Made by a program: the position numbers and the translations under genes. A stretch of 60,678 bases of DNA, the filler included, from Sphacelaria rigidula (lineage: Eukaryota): assembly GCA_964200075.2 (NCBI GenBank). It is 7 parts of 7 records of this genome, joined end to end, with 100 filler letters (N's around TTAATTAATTAA, not from the genome) between each part and the next. Parts side by side here need not be neighbours in the genome. Positions count along the whole stretch, not along the records: positions 8,684 to 17,266 come from CAXNAA020010701.1; positions 17,367 to 25,949 come from CAXNAA020010702.1; 5 more parts are not named here. One strand, given 5' to 3'. Shown here piece after piece: positions 11,080 through 22,645 of this stretch (positions are counted from its first letter, which is position 1; the number at the start of each line of letters is the position of its first letter). The notes under the pieces are model-generated. The model was not told the DNA's origin and searched no databases. It saw only the letters and a program-made list of their open reading frames with translations.

Positions 11080-12896
11080 TGCCGGTTCGTGAGATAGATG
11101 TTTGTGCATGATTGATTGTATGCTTGACTGCCTGTATGCTGGAAGGTGCTGAGAATTTTTGCTCCGCCGGATCGCGACATGAGAGTTGCATAGTCTTTGA
11201 CCGAGATCATTTTTTTCTGTTCCCTGTTTCGAAGATTGATATCGATGATTTGAAAAATTGGGGATGTGTACTTCATGATGCGCGCGCCGTACACTGCAAG
11301 ATGGGCGTAAAATGAACCTCACCTGAGGGGTTTGATTTTTGTACTGTGCTGCAAGCGAGATGATTGTCTGAGCCAACACTCGGTTCGTACTGCATGACTT
11401 GCACGATTAATTGAACACAAGAGGTGCGAGTATCTGTTTACTAATTTCCAAGTACGAATATTATCCTGGTTTCGCCAGAGCTTGATTTTTAGGCTTGGTG
11501 CGTTGACCGGGCTCTTTCCGTGAAAGACTTCGAGAGATTCGAATAATGGATTTCGCTGTAACTTTTTGAAAGAAGGGGCGCACTTACAATATCCGTGTGA
11601 AATGTCTCTGGGGACAGGTATGATTTTTTCTCCCAAGCACCTGCTTGATGACGTGTGTAGCAAGGGGAGGTATCTCCGCTTAGATGATGAGTTGATTTTC
11701 TCTAGACTGGTTTCTCGTAAGCTTACGACTGAAATGCCAGTGCAAGGGGAGTATTCGAGTGAACAGACTTTTCAGCATAGTCGACGGTACTGATTAGATG
11801 ACGTGGTACAGAGGTACATGCCTTTTCATGTTTTGACAGTTACATGCGGTGGGATTTGCGATCGTAGTCGGCGTATGTACTGGACTCACGTACGTACTGT
11901 CTGGTTGAGAGGCCCCGCGCGTCATCATGGTGTTGGATCGCCACCCCATTCACTCCCTTTCTCTTCGCTTTGTCTAGCTATGCTATACTACTCTTCTACA
12001 ACATGATCGGCTCGGCCGTGTTCTTTGATCGACTTCACCAGTGGTGTCCATCTGTCCCTGTCGACGGATGACGTATCTAGTAACAAACTCCAAACTGAAT
12101 CTATTTGGAATGTCTGAATGGGGCTCATGTGCTTTTTCCAGTCACCCAGGTTACGCTCCTCTATGTCGGGTAAGAGGCCGGTAGGAGAGAGATGAAGCAA
12201 ACCAGGGTTGAAATCATAGTGTCGTTCCCGCCCCCGCCTCCTCCCCCCCTTCACAGCACAAGGGGTAGGTACGGAGTAGTAGATTGAACCGGGGCTCAAA
12301 TCACTGTCTTGTGGTCGAGGGGATTGATGAAGTCCCAGTCGCGCCGCCCGATTCTCGGCGAAACTTCGCGTTCTCATTATTTTTTCACTTTTTGCACCTC
12401 AAAATTCGTCGACCCAAAGTCTACAGCAGGGTTCACTTGGACCAGGAGGTGGCACAGTATCTGTACCGTCGTTTCAGCTTACTATGGGCACAGCCATCAT
12501 GTATCACATGATCGGCGATACCGCCTACCTCCCAGAGCGTCCTTTTTTCCCATCGAGCGGGAGTGGTGGCTGAGTACTATCGCATTTCGGTGGATAGATA
12601 AAGCCCATTATTATCGACAATGTTTTTTCGGGAATCTCTGAAAAATTTGGCGTTTGCAGATCTGGCGTTCAGCATTCTCCGAAAGTATAGCGGCTCGATA
12701 TTCCTCCGAAGCTTCGCGTTTGGAGAAGTCTGTAATACTTCGGACTGCAGCGCAACACTTCGCAGAGTTGTGCTCTGTGAACACGCCGTGGCGCTCGCAA
12801 GCGTACGAGAGCCATCAGAAACTTCGACAGTGACACCCTGGGAGATATCGCATGGTAAAAAACGCGGGGGGTTGGCGATGTCCATCTTCTTGGACG
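10160..12896 (+). CDS. Three candidate upstream exons of the Nth-like gene (10160-10216, 10513-10572, 12660-12896)
   Basis: All are AG/GT-bounded with lengths 57, 60 and 237 bp. Only the phase-1 chain stays open, and it joins in phase to 15211. Product EHPAMAQYLRHTDMEDYFVASGLSVSWHQPLHRGQCIAFDLAFSILRKYSGSIFLRSFAFGEV... Confidence 0.45.
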
Positions 12897-13099
12897 GTAT
12901 GTGCGTCGGCGGCGGCGGTTGAGCTGTCAGATTCAAGTACGGTGGTCGCCGTTTGCCGGCATACACACTTCCGAAAATGAAGAGCAGAAACAATCCAGTA
13001 GCGACTTACTTACCTGCTGTGCTGCTACGAGTGTACGTTACCGCACCGTCTGTAAAGTCTATTGCTGGTGGTGCGGCGGGTGTTTCATAGCATATAGTA

Positions 13100-13950
13100 G
13101 TCAGCATCAGAAGTTTTCAGAACCCGTAGTTGTTGTAGGTTTTGAGTTTTTCTCGAGTAATATTCTTCGTTACTACTTGAAAGTGCTAGCGCCGATAGAT
13201 TTTGGGGGAAAGCGTAGGCCGCGCTCAAACTGCAGTGCCCAAGTTGGTGTTTTTGGGACGATACGGACTAGATACTTCATTTATCAGGAGGATGTTATTC
13301 ACCGTTTTTGGTCCAAAAAAATCAGTCTTCCGGCTCTTCCGCAACAAAACAGTAAATATTCAGGTAAATGAAGACGTATGCAATTCTTCACAATAACGAT
13401 CGATATCGTGTTTCCCTCCTATACTGCACAGACCTTAGTCTAGCATTTTCTGGGGATGGCCTCTTTTCGGGTTTTTTCCGCATAACATTTTCCATGAGCA
13501 CTCGAAAGTGCAAGCGTCGATAGTTTTGGCAAAGTAAGCAGACCGTGGTCAAATCACAATGCCCGAGTTGGTGTTGTGGGGGCGATACGGAGTAAAGACC
13601 CCGTTTACCAGGAGGGTGTTTTTGACCATAGATTGTCCAAGAAACATAGTTTTTCGGCTTTAGCGCAGTGAATAGGTGGAATTTCAAAAAAATAATCAGT
13701 TTTGAGGCTTCGCTTATATGATCGGAATCGAGTCGGTCCACCGAAAAGCTAGAAGCTGGGGTTTGCACTTCCGGAAGACCCCCGAAGATCAGTCAAGCCC
13801 GTAAGTCATTCAATATTGATCGCAGATATTTTTTTTTTCAATATTTTTCAAGAGGGTCGAAGTATCTCCGGATGCCCATTTTTTGGCATCCAATAGTCAC
13901 TGTGATGAGCGGTGGTGAGCAAAACAAATGTGAAGAATCTTCGAGAAACT
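13100..13950 (+). repeat. Diverged copies of the repeat family that forms the 23852-25673 inverted repeat
   Basis: Shared motifs agtgcccaagtt, gatacg..tagatac, gttttcggct, aagcccgtaagtca.tcaatattga and gatgagcggtgg.gagc. Confidence 0.6.
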
Positions 13951-15210
13951 AACAAGTTACGAATTCTGCATACTTCTGACGCTGAGTACTGTACAACTCA
14001 CAGAAGGCAAGCATGCTGCATACTTTGCGCCGAGCTTTCCATGGTCGATATTTTTATGTTGTGTGTGCTGCTGCTGCATTCTGGGAGGGCCGGTCGACCA
14101 CGCCCTTGCCTTTCCGACTGCCCTTCCGTGTCACGGAGAGGTAACGAAAATATGTTCACCGTGGTTTTGAACGCTATACACGGGCAGGCAGCATCATCCC
14201 GCCCTTCCTTTTGCCGGCGAAGGCAAGCCAACGAACAAAATGAACACTGCGTCCGTGAAGAGATACCTAACAGCAACGGCAGAACTCGCTAATAATGTAC
14301 CGTTTGGAGCTCTCTAAAATTTCAGGACTTCTCTAGAAAAATCATTCCTTCGATGATAACGAGCCTAAGACGTGAGTATGCGGACCACACCCAGACGCTA
14401 TCGTCGAAAAATGTACTGCGTATGGTATGGAGTATGCTTTCTGTTGCAATAGGCGCAATAGTCGATGCTGTACGCAGTACACATATTGACTGTGTGTTCT
14501 ATTGTCCAGGGTGCGATGCGAACCGATCCCCCCCCCCAGGACTGTTTTTTGCCGATTCTGGAGTTAATGGGCATAGGTGGAAACTTCGTACGAAGCCGCT
14601 TGGCCGCCTTGGCAAATTTGCGTCCAGGAAAGAGCTGCTCAGTAGAGTGTACGCTACTTTCGTCCTCCAACAATCCATTCCTATTTTACGTGGGGTTTGG
14701 TCTGGACGCTGAGATTCTGATCTCAGGGACTAATATTTCCGCCAGCGTGTGCAGCACGCATTTTTGCTTGAAAAGGCGTGTAAAACTGCACCGATTCCAG
14801 CTCTGCAAACGCACACCTTTACCTACTCTACAGTTTCCCCTGAACCCTCTGTGCCCGAGAGTTCTCGGTCCCCCTGGGTTTGCGATCCGAGTACGGGTCA
14901 CGGTTAGGGTTTGACCCTCCTAGAGTGTTTCAATGAAAGACAATTTGCGGACGAGCTCGCGTCACCACTACCACCCTCAAGCTGCTGCAAGAGTAGAACA
15001 CACGACTCCTTGCACGTGTGACGTCGGCAGTGTTAAATCGGACTCTGCTGTTGTTATCCTATGTTGTAGGTCAACGCTCGGCGCACACTCGGCGCGATGG
15101 TCGTGCATACTTTGTTGCTTAGAGTCGCCGGAAAGATCAAGGATCGAGAGTAGCATCTCTTTCAATCCAATCCCCCTCCTGCCGGGTGCCGACCGCGTCG
15201 CTGTCAACAG

Positions 15211-15434
15211 GTGGAGTCGGATCGCGGACGAAGAACGGTGGAGCGGGAGTCGGTGATGGCGAGAGTAAGGCGCGGGGGAACAGCGCGGACGAGATATCCA
15301 CCATGAGCGCAGATAGTCTGCGCGAGCTGCGGGCAAGGTGGCGGGGCATGGCCGACCGTCGAGCAAACGAGGAGGATCAGAGGTTTCAGGTTTTGGTGGG
15401 GGCGGTGTTGTCGAGCAGAGCGCAGGCGACCGTG
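15211..15434 (+). CDS. Endonuclease III (Nth)-like HhH-GPD DNA glycosylase family protein, internal exon
   Basis: AACAG| ...ADEISTMSADSLRELR...EEDQRFQVLVGAVLSSRAQATV |GTGAGT. Resembles the eukaryotic Nth pattern PVDTMG...RFQVLV.LMLSSQTKD. Confidence 0.8.
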
Positions 15435-15704
15435 GTGAGTTTTCTGCGATCAGTGCGGGCGCATCGGCGTTGTCTGCTGCACGTCGCTTCATTGAAAGTA
15501 CGATCATATGATATCATGATATCACTGTAAACCAGTAGTTGTCATCCGGCCCGGGGTGTACGCGTCGTCCGCGCAAATTGCAATTCCTCGACTCGTACAG
15601 CGTGTACGTATACTGTAAACTAGCTCAACTTGGCGTTATCGTTTTTGGTCGACTGTCAATCAAATCTGCTACCGATACGCTGTTCATGCGTATTTCGTTC
15701 GCAG

Positions 15705-15821
15705 GTGACTGACGGGCTCGCACGCTTGCGAGCTCGAGAGGGAGGACTAACGGTGCTGACAATGGCCGCTATTGAGCAGGATGAACTAGCATATATATTG
15801 CGCAGCGTACACTGGAACAAG
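15705..15821 (+). CDS. Nth-like protein, next exon (HhH/GPD part not in contig)
   Basis: CGCAG| VTDGLARLRAREGGLTVLTMAAIEQDELAYILRSVHWNK |GTGGGC, phase 0-0. Matches the Nth pattern M..L...GLT...I......L..LI..V. Confidence 0.8.
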
Positions 15822-15987
15822 GTGGGCGCGAGTAAGACAATCGATGCTGACTTGCCCGAGCTTTTTTTTTCTTGTTGACCTCTGCGGGGTTCAATCCCAG
15901 TTGACACTAGTTTCTCTACTTGAACGACACCAGCGATGAAGTGCTGTTGAGATGTTTGTATTTTTGGTGTGAGGCTTGATTTTACCA

Positions 15988-16045
15988 GGGGGGGGGGCGT
16001 ACTCATTTGCTGCTTGCCTTGGTCGTTTGACCGTTATAGACCTCT
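15988..16045 (-). mobile_element. LINE 3' tail fragment
   Basis: Reverse complement reads ggtcaaacgaccaaggcaagcagcaaatgagtacg followed by a C-run. Confidence 0.7.
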
Positions 16046-16730
16046 GTCACTCAAGATCAGATTGCCATGTGGATTCCTCCCATCACGGGCACATGGACTT
16101 CGGCAGCTTTAGTTGTTTATGTATTAACCCTCAGCATAGTACAGGAGAACAGGACCATATAGCCTCTCTCCACCAGAGTGACAAAACCAAGCCTACTCGC
16201 CATGGAGGTCACCATCACAGAGTCCGGCAATCAGACCCGCAACTCCACCTACAATGTCCCTGACCTTAGGTAACAATGGTGGCTAGGTCTACAGCTGCAC
16301 TATTTTTCATTTCATGTTCTGGTAATTTTGTATTGTGTTTGGCGCACGGGATGTTCTTCTTTGACCGTGTGGGTGTAGGCTATCTGCAGGGCCTTGTATG
16401 TTGCGCCGCCTGTACTCATCATGCTTGAGTAGGATTCCGCTGGTAACCGTTTCATCTATCTGGTTCGCAAGGCCGAAACGCCGAATTTACCGCCCGGCAC
16501 ACGACATTTCGATCTGCGTCACGTGGTATAAAACCGAGCCAAATTTTCATGTACCCCAAGACTTCCAACGTATACTAACTACGCCCTCTATTACTTCCAC
16601 CGTTGTTTCACCCACACTCTTGTCCTAGGTGTGTCGCATCCCGCTAAGGGAACCCGCGCTAAACGTCATTGCGTTTGCGAGGACACGCAGGAAACACTGA
16701 ACGGTTTGCTAATGACGGTATGTTCCCGCG

Positions 16731-16830
16731 TGGAGTGTCTGCAATTTGGTTTGGTTGAGCTAATACCGGGTACCTTTTTATGGAGTGTCCGCAATTTGGT
16801 TTGGTTTAGCTAATCTCGGGTACCTTTTCA
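16731..16830 (+). repeat. 50-bp tandem duplication
   Basis: ggagtgtc(t/c)gcaatttggtttggtt(g/t)agctaat..cgggtaccttt, two copies. Confidence 0.8.
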
Positions 16831-17366
16831 TAGCATTCTGGTAGTAGGGTCATTACCTTGGTGCCACGAAATAGGATCCCCATTTCATCCCACATTGGTA
16901 ATCCATTGTGTGGTTTGCTATTCACCAGGTTGACTTCTTGACGCACCCTGTACCGTAGTTGGATACTACCTTGTTCCTTCGCGGTACCGTAGATGGAAAA
17001 TACATTGTTCAGTTGCTTCAAACTTAGTTTTCAATGTCATGCTGCCACTCATCTTCCCGTGGACTGCCTTGTCATTACTTATTTTGTACGCAGACGTACA
17101 TACTTTCCCTATTTTGTCTTTTTGCCCTTCATGCCAAGCCTACCATGCAAGTTGACTGCGCGACTATACATCTTGTTTTTGACGGTCCTTACAGGCCCTA
17201 CATATAACAGCCGATCCTAATTTTTGGGGTTGAAACATAAAATGAGGCTGAAGTCCCATCCCTCCANNNNNNNNNNNNNNNNNNNNNNNNNNNNNNNNNN
17301 NNNNNNNNNNTTAATTAATTAANNNNNNNNNNNNNNNNNNNNNNNNNNNNNNNNNNNNNNNNNNNN

Positions 17367-17432
17367 AAGGGATGCGTGGTCAATGGTCACACGACTAAGG
17401 CAAGCAATAAATGAGTACCTTCCCCCCCCTCC
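17367..17432 (+). mobile_element. LINE 3' tail at contig start
   Basis: aagggatgcgtggtcaatggtcacacgactaaggcaagcaataaatgagtac followed by a C-rich tract. Confidence 0.8.
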
Positions 17433-17811
17433 AAGGCGATGAAGGCGAGATCGTCGAACCCTCCTCGGTACAACCGAGCACTTGAGTATTGACGCATGTT
17501 GCCTGCCTCATCCTTTTCCAGAGGTAGCCCCTTCTGAATGGTAGCCCATACTCCCTAATTCCCCTGCAAAAGCGCTCTCGGCCACTCGCTACACCACGGC
17601 TGTTTTCCCGGATCAACCGAGGCAGTCAAAGGCTGTTCAGCGGGAGCAGGATATCTCTGATTGTACATCCACCTTGTAATCTCGTCGTAGGACACGTGCC
17701 CTAAACCAAAACATAAATGTACCTTTGCACATTATGGGGGCTACGCCTGCAGAGCCGTCGATGGTCGCACTCCCGCACCACTCGTTTCCTGCCAACTGGG
17801 GATCGTTGTAC

Positions 17812-18150
17812 GCGCCCCGATGGTGCAATGGTACGAGTGCCGCCGTTAGGGTACAGAGAAGGAGGGTTCAATTCCCGATGCGTTGGGTTTTGTCTTTGAG
17901 TGTCTGATTTTCCACCGTCACAAGTGTGAGGACGTGAGTAAACCAAAGTAGCTGATTGGGCTTATTTGACGAGAGTTGACGCGGTGCGGGAGTGGTGATA
18001 GTCATGACCAAATCCGCGGGACCAAAATGCAAGGCGTGTACGGGGGAGATATGGGTTGATCCCTCGAGGCCATGGGCTCGTCCTGAGAAAGGGGAGGGAG
18101 TTCAAAGTGCGAAACACACACACATACACACACACACACACACACAAACA
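17812..18150 (+). mobile_element. tRNA-derived SINE-like element, family B
   Basis: A-box-like TGGTGCAATGG and B-box-like GGTTCAATTCC. Body is homologous to 57345-57670 (minus). Ends in (CA)n. Confidence 0.65.
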
Positions 18151-20238
18151 CTGATTCGTAAGCTGGGTTCGGAGCGTCTTGGTGCTCTCCCCACGGGACG
18201 ACGCAATCCACCCCACAGAAACGGTCCGCCGCGAAGGGGTCCGTGCACTCCCACCGAAGCCTTGATGCGTATGCTCTTGAGCATATTGGAAAGGGTGTGA
18301 ACCAGCGGTTGCTTGGTGTTGATCCATCTGCATCCCCTCCAGGCGACATATACGTTCATGACACATCCCTTTTTGTCACGGTACGAACACTTCTGGGCGA
18401 GGAAGGGGCTCCATACCAACGAATATCCGGGATAGTACTGGTATATACTGCTCGCCCTGGATGGTACACGTATTTGTATGGCCCTCGTCGTATCGAGACG
18501 TTGTGCCCGGGGCGCCGGGAAAGCCCCACCAGCCGACATGCTACGGTGCCGTGCCTTGGTGGCGACATCGGTGATCTCTATGCCTTTGAAACGAGCATCT
18601 GGATCCGGTGGTCTGCTGATCGGCGGCAAGGCCGCGAGGTCCGAGGCAAAGGTCGTGATTTGGACTATCCTGAATCACGCACGTGTGCTCTGCTCTCCAG
18701 GCAACTTGTCAAAGTCTCCACAGGGTGAATTGTGACTACCCAGCACATCGACTCCAGGTGCGGGTTCATGCCGCCGCGGTTCGGTAGGCACACTGGTGTG
18801 CCGTCGCTAATTTCGGCGGATTTCATATTCATAAGACTCGAATCCCGGGAGTGGTCGCCATTCGTTTTTGGTTGTTGCCGTCCGGAAACAGTGTGAGAAC
18901 AAGCCCTGCAGAAACAATTCGATGAGTACACCGCGTGTGGGAATGCTGATGCAATGCTTGAAAAATAATTTGCGAGGCGGGCACCGGGGGGAGGGGGGAG
19001 ATGGGTTGATCCCTCGAGACTAGGTACCCGTCTCGAGGACGAAGATTGTTTGAAATAACCACTACTCTACCGCAGTAGGGAAGGTCATGCTCGCGGGCGC
19101 AAGAGGTGTAATGGGAGCAAGCTGTCTGGTATTGACGTGTCGGGTTCGTCTTTCCCACCGCTTGCTTTCGGAATGCCGCGTGGCGTACAGTTGTGCTCAA
19201 GCCCTTTGAGCGCGGACACTCTGTATGAGTAAACGAAACGAGAGGAGTCGCAAGACGAACAGACAAAGGATCCGATCAGCGTAAACACGAAGATTATGAA
19301 TTAACGAGCTGACGGATTCAATCAATCGATTAATTCCTTGGCGGTATTGTACGTCGGTTTGTTGTTTTGGGGCATCTGTTCATTAAACTTTTCGCGGTTC
19401 GGAAGAATCATCGCCGGTTGGAATCTCTGAATGTACGATTTTTCAGGCGTGATTGCTCGAAATAGATAAAAAAAAGTTGACCGCTGGTCGAAAAGGTCTC
19501 CACGCAAACTTTCGCGCCATTCCACGTCCCTGGGCCGCGCGTACTTGAGTTGCAACGCTGAAAACAAAGCTCGAGGATTGATTCGTACGTTACGAATCAA
19601 TCACACTAAAACGAAGTAGTTCCCAGACGAATCATTACTTCGCCCAACAGTTGAAACTTTTGCTGTTTGGAACAAAAATGAAAATGTTTTTCTTGTTTGC
19701 CTGGGACTTTTTGTCTTCGAGAAAATGTTTTTCTTGTTTGCATTAGTGTACAGTCCACAGGTTCTTGTCTTCCATTTGAAGCGCTCAATCGTAAACCTGC
19801 ATGATATTGAGCGCGCCATTTTCAAAAGTTAATGATGGCAATAATGGGTACAATATTTCACAACGCAATAATCAGACTTTGATATTGTTGCAGCCGGTTC
19901 GTGTCCTGAGCTCTGTTAGTTGTGCGGTTATTTCCCGTTTCTGTTTCGTAACCTTTTGTTGCATTTTTGGAAATTGGGACAGACTACTGAGCGAGATAAA
20001 TTACAAAGCGCGGAGGCAGCATTTATCGACTGCTCAGTCCGTGGACATCGTTTTACGAGGAATACCGCAACAGTAAATGGCCACGAACGAACGCGTGCAC
20101 CATTATGCAAAACGACCACGCAAGAGGCGTGCGCGATGCTGAAGATTCGTGAGAAAAAAAGAAATATCGTAGCCTTGCACAGAAAAAAACAAACAATAAG
20201 TGACATAGTCAAACACTTGAAGTTTGCAACGACAAAAA

Positions 20239-20675
20239 ATGGGAGAGAATAGAAGTCGTCGGTATACGACGAACAAGGTCAAGGAACTGAGTGCAACGGA
20301 AAAAGTGTTACACATGTTTGGCCGTCACCGAAACACTTCCAGGCAACCGCAGTTTTGTGCAATGCGTGAAGTGAGCAAGAAACGTGTGGTAGACGCTTTC
20401 GTGTGTACGTCCTTCCCCCCCCCCCCCCTTCCCCATTCCCCGCTACGTCTCCTTGGCGTCATCGATCTCCGGACTGGCATCCCCTCAGATGCGCTGCTTG
20501 GTACGACGCCCGATACCTGGTTTGGGATGACCTTGAAAAACACCCTCCCTTGAGAACGTCCTTCACGTACGTTGAAGCCGTTCTCGATGGCGGCGGCGTT
20601 CACCCCCCTGGAATGTCAAGCATTCCTCCCACGGCAATCTTTTTTCACATGGCACATGCATGCCCAGACTACAAT

Positions 20676-20706
<31 letters not shown>

Positions 20707-21826
20707 GCGGGGGGGGGGGGGGGGGGAGGGGGGTAGTGGTTCGCCTGGAACGCAGCTTCCGCTACGCTCGAACGGCGTGGGACAAAAGCGCACGTACGTC
20801 ATCTTAAAGGAGTTCATTGGAGACTTGGAGAAAAGTGGGCTAGTTCAGGAATTGGGTCACTGATGCTTTTCGCATCTCCGCTTTCCCCTTCCTTGTTGCG
20901 AAGGACAACGTGCTCTCCTTTCCTTCCACTGGCGCGAAGCAACTCCGTGGGCTGTCGGTCTCGTAACAGTCAGAAAGATGAGGATCTCGTGCTGGGCGCA
21001 AACAACCCCTGACTCCGTGTACACAACGCGCCCTTCCCCGTACTGTAGACCGCTACAATTTTGATGAAAATATAACTTTTTCGGCTGATGACACTCCAGC
21101 CGGTGGGACCGCGGTGCGTGGGATCCATAATAATTTTTTTCTCGTTGTTGCGGTACAGGCCGCAATGACTGGGATATATATATATATATATGTATATGGT
21201 CTTGCTTTTTACGTCAGCGTTGACGTAATCTGTGACGTCCGTCAACGTTCAGCATCCGCCCCCACAAGCCCCGCATGGACACAGCAACACATGGAAAACA
21301 CTCACACAGTCTCTAGCTATCGTTCATGCCATCGCACGGAGCAAACGGACCCGTAACGGATGAGATACATGCTGATGGCAGAGTGAGCACTCTTGTGGCA
21401 TGCCACCATGCATCATGCATGTATCTCATCCGCTACGGGTCCATTTGCTCCGTGCGATGGCTTGAACGATAGCTAGAGACTGTGTGAGTGTTTTCCATGT
21501 GTTGCTGTGTCCATGCGGGGCTTGTGTGGTGGATGCTGAACGTTGACGGATGTCACGGATTACGTCAACGTTGACGTAAATGGCAAGACTCTATATGTAT
21601 ATGTATATGTATACGAGTATATATTTGGATTCTCCCACGGCTGGCCCCGTAGTTTCTCAACGTCTGAAGGCAAGGGCTTCGTGGATTTGTTCATGCTGCA
21701 TTTCTTGTTGAGGATTGTGATACTTTTTGAATCCACAACATTTTAGGCCGAGCCGTTGTGGCCAGAACACCAATCGGACCCGACCAGTTCGGCCAGCAGC
21801 ATGTCGTGACAGTCGTCGAGGAGAAG
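20239..21826 (+). CDS. Tentative SET-domain-like gene, candidate exons 20239-20342, 20489-20595, 21747-21826
   Basis: Spliced product ...CAAWYDARYLVWDDLEKHPPLRTSFTYVEAVLDGGGRAVVARTPIGPDQFGQQHVVTVVEEK resembles the SET N-terminal GRG.vA...I...E.P motif. Acceptors are good, but the model needs GC donors. Confidence 0.3.
21199..21589 (+). ncRNA. Long foldback, candidate miRNA/siRNA precursor (or foldback MITE)
   Basis: Arms 21199-21372 and 21417-21589, 44-nt loop, 64-bp perfectly paired core (21263-21326). Five mismatches are G:U on the + strand versus two on the - strand. TA-rich flanks. Confidence 0.5.
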
Positions 21827-22164
21827 GCGGGGACCGACGACGTAGCCCGGACCCTTGCGGTTAAACGGTTAAACAGGGAATTCCCCGAATTATCCGATGT
21901 GTGCCGAAAAAATGAAACGTTTCTCCGACTTCTCCGATAAAGAACGACGAAATATCTAGTCCCGGTGCTAATTTTTCCGAGTATTCTGTAGTCAGTCTTG
22001 ATCAATCGCATGACCGGGAAAATAAGTATGCTTTCACATTTTTTCGGGGAAGAAATTCTGTCTACGGCTTTTTCGGAGATTTCCAGAAAAAGTACCAGGA
22101 GAGACCCATAATTATCAATACTGTTTTTCGAAGATTTCAGGGTCAGGGAGTAGGGTTAGGGTGA

Positions 22165-22645
22165 GGCCAACTCTAATGGGAGCCTTGCAAAAATCCTGTT
22201 GAAAAGTGCCTTTCGGGTCCTTCTCCGTCGTTTTACGCCCCAAAAGAGAGCTTAGTGGATGCTGACGCCTAGGAATGACTTGCTCTACTCGTTGGGACCG
22301 TTCGTTCCAGGTCAACATTGAGTTTCCCGCTGGCCGCAATAATATTTATGGCCAAACTTGCATTTTTAGTAACAGTCAGGAGGTCAAAATACTGGCAATT
22401 TCCCCCCTGTTTTTTGACCGCTTGGACGTTTGTTAATATTGAAACATTTTGGTCATGAATAAAACTGCGGTAAGCGGGGAGCGCAAAGCTGCCCTGGAAC
22501 GGCCTCGACGAACAGAGCAAGTCATTTCAAGGTGTAAACATCCGCTGAGCCCTCTTTTCGGGCGTAAAACGACGGAGGAGGGCCCAAGAGGCAGTTTTTA
22601 ACAGGAATTGGGAACGTCTTCTACTTTATATCATTAGAGTTGGTC
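22165..22645. repeat. Diverged inverted repeat (foldback MITE-like)
   Basis: ccttctccgtcgttttacgccccaaaagag...ttccagg is inverted to cctggaac...ctcttttcgggcgtaaaacgacggaggagg. Confidence 0.6.

Noticed and set aside
10599-11294. 231-aa repetitive ORF on the minus strand (also 9786-10049)
   Set aside because: It is a translation of the non-coding tandem-array element, with no protein motif.
18180-18800. Overlapping GC-rich ORFs
   Set aside because: No recognisable motif; probably a decayed element.
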